From the IMG/VR virus record IMGVR_UViG_3300046387_001331: a stretch of 20,000 bases of DNA. One strand, 5' to 3'. The stretch is from an uncultured virus (IMG/VR IMGVR_UViG_3300046387_001331). Its lineage: Duplodnaviria > Heunggongvirae > Uroviricota > Caudoviricetes. This document shows, in pieces, positions 16,868 through 20,000 of the stretch. Position numbers and translations under genes: made by a program. The stretch's first letter is position 1. The number at the start of each line of letters is the position of its first letter. The notes beneath the pieces are model-generated. The model saw nothing but the letters and a program-made list of their open reading frames with translations, had not been told where the DNA came from and did no database searches.

Positions 16868-16938
16868 ATATATCTTATATATCACCATCATCTCCCAGAG
16901 TTGCCATTAAGATTCGTTCTGATGGCAACTCTTTTTTT
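16868..16938 (+). ncRNA. Candidate ~70 nt small RNA
   Basis: Bounded by a promoter and an intrinsic terminator, with no ORF before the hairpin. The 5' end is estimated. Confidence 0.4.
16897..16938 (+). terminator. Rho-independent terminator
   Basis: Perfect 11 bp stem AGAGTTGCCAT (16897-16907) / ATGGCAACTCT (16922-16932), followed by a T run to 16938. Confidence 0.9.
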
Positions 16939-16987
16939 ATAAGCAAATAACAACATAAATGGATTGATAATTTGATTATATTCATAT

Positions 16988-16995
16988 ATATTTAT
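16988..16995 (+). promoter_or_regulatory. Putative phage late promoter motif ATATTTAT
   Basis: 4 nt before ATG 17000. Confidence 0.55.
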
Positions 16996-16999
16996 TGGT

Positions 17000-17494
17000 A
17001 TGAATAAAAGTAAACTCGTTGAAATAATTCGTGATATTGTCGCAGAAGAATGGGACAAAGATGTTGAAGTAAAGTCAACGGGTGAACACGCAGACAAAAC
17101 TATAACACAAATCAAAAAAGAAATGGAAGCATTAAAAGGCAAAAAACCTTTTAATCGTGAACAGTTTTCAGAGTTAATGTTTGCTCTTCGTGCAAAACAA
17201 GGATGGAAAAAAGGCAAAGGAGCAACTGGCACAACGGAAAGTATTACAATGAACAAATCAGAATTAAAAGAATTAGTCAAAGAAGAACTTAATAGAATTC
17301 AAGAGAACAAAGCATTAAGTGTTGAAGATGCATACTATAAATTTTCCGATGGAGTATATGGTCTGCTGAACATGGAACATGAAAGTGGTGGTTATGATAA
17401 AGATAAGTTTATTAAAAAGACCTTTCGTTCAGCAAAAAAGTTGTTGATGGAGTTGGAAATGCATTTAAATAAAAACTACGAGGGTTGGGAATAA
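17000..17494 (+). CDS. Two-module phage protein, probable internal head protein
   Basis: MNKSKLVEIIRDIVAEE leader. A second leader, MNKSELKELVKEEL, starts at internal ATG 17249. Confidence 0.75.
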   Translation: MNKSKLVEIIRDIVAEEWDKDVEVKSTGEHADKTITQIKKEMEALKGKKPFNREQFSELMFALRAKQGWKKGKGATGTTESITMNKSELKELVKEELNRIQENKALSVEDAYYKFSDGVYGLLNMEHESGGYDKDKFIKKTFRSAKKLLMELEMHLNKNYEGWE

Positions 17495-18339
17495 TGAAAA
17501 AATCAGATATTAAACAAGTAATTAAAACAGAACTCTCTGAACTTTTATCAGAGAACACTAACTCTTTAAATCAAGCATATGTAGTCTACGCAAAAGCATT
17601 AAAGTCATTTGAACAAAATGCAAACAAATTAAAAGACAAAGTGATGCTTAAAATCTACAAAGAGTTTGATAAACTTCATTTGAAAATTACTCAACATCTT
17701 GATGCTAATTACGAAGGATCACTTGATGAATCGTATGCAGATACAATGCAAGCAAATTTGCCAAGAGCATCATTTGCAGAACTTGATGAAGCAAAAGATG
17801 CGTTAGAGTCTTTGTTAAAGAACACACGAAATGATCGTGAGTTGCTTAATTTATATAAAGCACATTTAAAATTGACTAAAGTATTTCAAAAACATCTGGA
17901 CAAAAATTATCCTGATTGGGATAAACGAATGGAAGAGGATAGCAAAACCATTAATGTACGACACAAAACAACCAAAAAAAAGTTGGATATTCCGGATGAT
18001 CCCGATACCATTAAAAAGTATAAGAAGTTGGGGTATACATTGTGGATTGGTTCTAGAGGGAAAATAAACGAAAGATCAGAATCATATCGTGAAGCAGAAT
18101 TAAAAAAAGTTGCCCAAATGACTGATCGCAATCAACATTTGGAAGCACGACATTTTGTTGCAAGAAAAGGTGGTTATGAAAAACATCGTAAAGCATATCT
18201 TGCTTTAATTGATCTACAAGATGCGTTGGGTCACACACCAAGAGGAGCAGACCAAGTTCGTTCAGATTTAGACAAAGACCTTAAAAAGTATTTATCAAAG
18301 GATGTTGATAACTGGAAGGAAGTTTGGGAAAATCTTTAA
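17494..18339 (+). CDS. Multi-module phage protein, probable internal head protein
   Basis: TAATG overlap, MKKSDIKQVIKTEL leader, and two HLDxNY repeats. Confidence 0.75.
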   Translation: MKKSDIKQVIKTELSELLSENTNSLNQAYVVYAKALKSFEQNANKLKDKVMLKIYKEFDKLHLKITQHLDANYEGSLDESYADTMQANLPRASFAELDEAKDALESLLKNTRNDRELLNLYKAHLKLTKVFQKHLDKNYPDWDKRMEEDSKTINVRHKTTKKKLDIPDDPDTIKKYKKLGYTLWIGSRGKINERSESYREAELKKVAQMTDRNQHLEARHFVARKGGYEKHRKAYLALIDLQDALGHTPRGADQVRSDLDKDLKKYLSKDVDNWKEVWENL

Positions 18340-18686
18340 TGAAGAAATCAGAATTAAAACAAATGATCCGTGAAATTCTTGAAGAAGATTTGCGTAATTG
18401 GTTCAAAAAGAAATGGGTCAACATTGGTAAAAAAGACAAAGACGGAAAACATCCTCCGTGTGGTACAAGTGGTGACAAACGAGGATATGCTAAATGCGTT
18501 CCTCAAGCAACTGCCAACAAAATGTCTGACAAAGAAAAAGAAAGTGCAACTCGCAGAAAACGGGCTGCTCAAAATGATGCTGATCGTGGTGGAAAAGAAT
18601 CATCAGGTCAAGGAAAGAAACCCATTAATGTCAGCACTTACACAAAACGAAGTGGGAAAAAAAGTGGAACAGGCAAAGGATCATGA
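18339..18686 (+). CDS. Basic phage protein, DUF5872-like
   Basis: MKKSELKQMIREILEE leader, then LRNWFKKKWVNI...CG...YAKCVP...MS..EK.SA.RRKRAA. Confidence 0.7.
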   Translation: MKKSELKQMIREILEEDLRNWFKKKWVNIGKKDKDGKHPPCGTSGDKRGYAKCVPQATANKMSDKEKESATRRKRAAQNDADRGGKESSGQGKKPINVSTYTKRSGKKSGTGKGS

Positions 18687-19021
18687 ACGAAGAATGGAGC
18701 AACGACTACAAAAAGAAAATAGATTGTAGTAATCCAAAAGGATTTAGTCAAAAAGCACATTGTGCAGGTCGTAAAAAACGACAAGCAGGAAAACAAACAA
18801 AATCAAAACCAGTGAAAGAAGAAATGGAAAAGAAAACATTAGAAGAAAGAATGCAATTATTTCTTGAAAAGAATGTTCCAACATCACCAAGCAAATGGGC
18901 ATATTGGGTAGGACAAGCAAAAAAGAAGTTTGATGTTTATCCGTCAGCCTATGCAAATGGATGGGCTGCCAAGATGTATAAAGATGCAGGTGGTGGATGG
19001 AAAACTGAAAAGAAGAAGTGA
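18683..19021 (+). CDS. Basic phage protein, DUF5872-like
   Basis: WSNDYKKKIDCSNPKGFSQKAHCAGRKKR module plus AKKKFDVYPSAYANGWAAKMYKDAGGGW module. Confidence 0.7.
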   Translation: MNEEWSNDYKKKIDCSNPKGFSQKAHCAGRKKRQAGKQTKSKPVKEEMEKKTLEERMQLFLEKNVPTSPSKWAYWVGQAKKKFDVYPSAYANGWAAKMYKDAGGGWKTEKKK

Positions 19022-19209
19022 AGAAACTTTGGCTCATTTGGGCAAGAACAGTTGATCATCGTGTAGGTAAAACTGATGACGATGAACCAGATATTCCTAT
19101 ATTAACTCAGAAACAAGCAAGAGTTAGTTTAATGCTTCGGACATTCATTATTTTGTTGAATGTTATTACTTGTTTCTTTATAATTGCTAATGCAATAAGA
19201 CATTGGTAA
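19018..19209 (+). CDS. Conserved small phage membrane protein
   Basis: GTGA overlap. LWxxWA...RTFII..N.IT.FFIIAN.IRHW with a C-terminal TM segment. Confidence 0.7.
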   Translation: MKKLWLIWARTVDHRVGKTDDDEPDIPILTQKQARVSLMLRTFIILLNVITCFFIIANAIRHW

Positions 19210-19616
19210 TGACCAACGAAGAAAAAAAGATTCCTGATAATGTAGTTCCACATCCGAACTCACTTCCTTATGCAAGTGATTTGGCTGCACCTGTAATTAA
19301 ACCTGATCACTCGTTAACAGGTTGGAAACACGGAGCAGTTCACTCAGCAAACAAACATTACACAGATAAATTTGATGCTCTTAAAAAGCAGTTTGAAGAA
19401 CTTGCGGAAGATTTCAAATGGAATGAAATAATGTTCAATGCAGAGTTTCGTTTGAAACCTGTTATAGGCAACGAGTATCATTTGTATACTAAGAGCAATA
19501 CCACAAACAAACATTATATTTCATTGTTTGCTCCTCACGAAAAAATTGGTGGTAAAGAAAATTATGTTGGAACATTTCGTTTGAACTATGATAATCGGTG
19601 GGAAAAGATAAAATAA
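19209..19616 (+). CDS. DUF2452-like protein
   Basis: LPYASDLAAPVI...AEFRLKPVIGNEYHLY...SLFAP...GTFRLNYDNRW (recalled family pattern). Confidence 0.75.
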   Translation: MTNEEKKIPDNVVPHPNSLPYASDLAAPVIKPDHSLTGWKHGAVHSANKHYTDKFDALKKQFEELAEDFKWNEIMFNAEFRLKPVIGNEYHLYTKSNTTNKHYISLFAPHEKIGGKENYVGTFRLNYDNRWEKIK

Positions 19617-19619
19617 GAC

Positions 19620-19648
19620 TTGACTTTTTATAATTTTTTTGGTAGTAT
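19620..19648 (+). promoter_or_regulatory. sigma70-type promoter with extended -10
   Basis: TTGACT (19620-19625), 17 nt spacer, TG-G-TAGTAT (-10 at 19643-19648). Confidence 0.75.
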
Positions 19649-19657
19649 ATCTACATA

Positions 19658-19768
19658 ATGAGAGATAACAATACTAACAAACCAAAAGTGAAATTAACCG
19701 AGAGAGAAAAACTGATTTTCTATTTCAAGTTCGGACCTGGTAGGTTCAAGCAAGTGTTTAATGCTTAA
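19658..19768 (+). CDS. Small basic protein (36 aa, not in ORF track)
   Basis: MRDNNTNKPKVKLTEREKLIFYFKFGPGRFKQVFNA*, immediately after a promoter. Confidence 0.5.
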   Translation: MRDNNTNKPKVKLTEREKLIFYFKFGPGRFKQVFNA

Positions 19769-19787
19769 TATACAACAAACTATTATT

Positions 19788-20000
19788 ATGGAAAACATCA
19801 ATGATTTTATTGAATACTGCAAAAGTTTCTATTTCGGTAGTAATGCAGTTTATCCTTTACAAAACGTATCGCATCTTGATTTCGTTTATGCGTGTAACTT
19901 AGTCGCACGAAGAACAGATATAGAGTTCGCAGCTGATTCTATTGATCGTGAACGAGTTCGTGATATTCTTGAATCAGTAGGATTCAAAGAAGCAAACTAA
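19788..20000 (+). CDS. Hypothetical phage protein
   Basis: FIEYCKSFY...YP...F.ADSIDRERVRDI. Start could be 19761 or 19788. Confidence 0.65.
   Translation: MENINDFIEYCKSFYFGSNAVYPLQNVSHLDFVYACNLVARRTDIEFAADSIDRERVRDILESVGFKEAN

Noticed and set aside
1183..19037. Minus-strand and alternate-frame ORFs in the track (e.g. 1561..2160, 2965..3495, 3943..4491, 16888..17280, 3131..3388, 18370..18729)
   Set aside because: They are shadows of well-supported + strand genes, with no motifs or expression signals.
1..20000. Stop-codon reassignment as seen in some large phages
   Set aside because: Coding density is high under the standard code. TAA, TGA and TAG (5118, 14224) all end genes right before the next start.
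1..20000. tRNA, CRISPR array, transposase, intron, or eukaryotic giant-virus origin
   Set aside because: No cloverleaf, spaced repeats or interrupted genes were seen by eye. Bacterial promoters, a terminator and overlapping operonic genes indicate a bacteriophage.

Overview
AT-rich, gene-dense segment of a large dsDNA tailed bacteriophage (jumbo/myovirus-like). All credible genes lie on the + strand, many with overlapping stop and start codons and with few obvious Shine-Dalgarno sites. Positions 1-7117 hold small hypothetical ORFs behind sigma70-type promoters (TTGAC[A/T]-17-TAnnnT), plus an ATP-dependent DNA ligase, an AbrB/RHH-like regulator, a degenerate ParB/Srx-like protein and a macrodomain. 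Positions 7144-19209 hold putative late or virion-internal proteins sharing an N-terminal 'MKKSELKxxIxEE' helix and an ATATWTAT promoter-like motif. This part also carries host-like genes (long-chain polyprenyl diphosphate synthase, cyclophilin) and a four-gene glycosyltransferase/sulfotransferase cassette (11201-15939) with two paralogous GT-sulfotransferase fusions. A promoter followed almost directly by a terminator (16833-16938) suggests a ~70 nt small RNA. No tRNA, rRNA, CRISPR array or transposase was recognised. Family assignments come from recalled motifs, not from searches.
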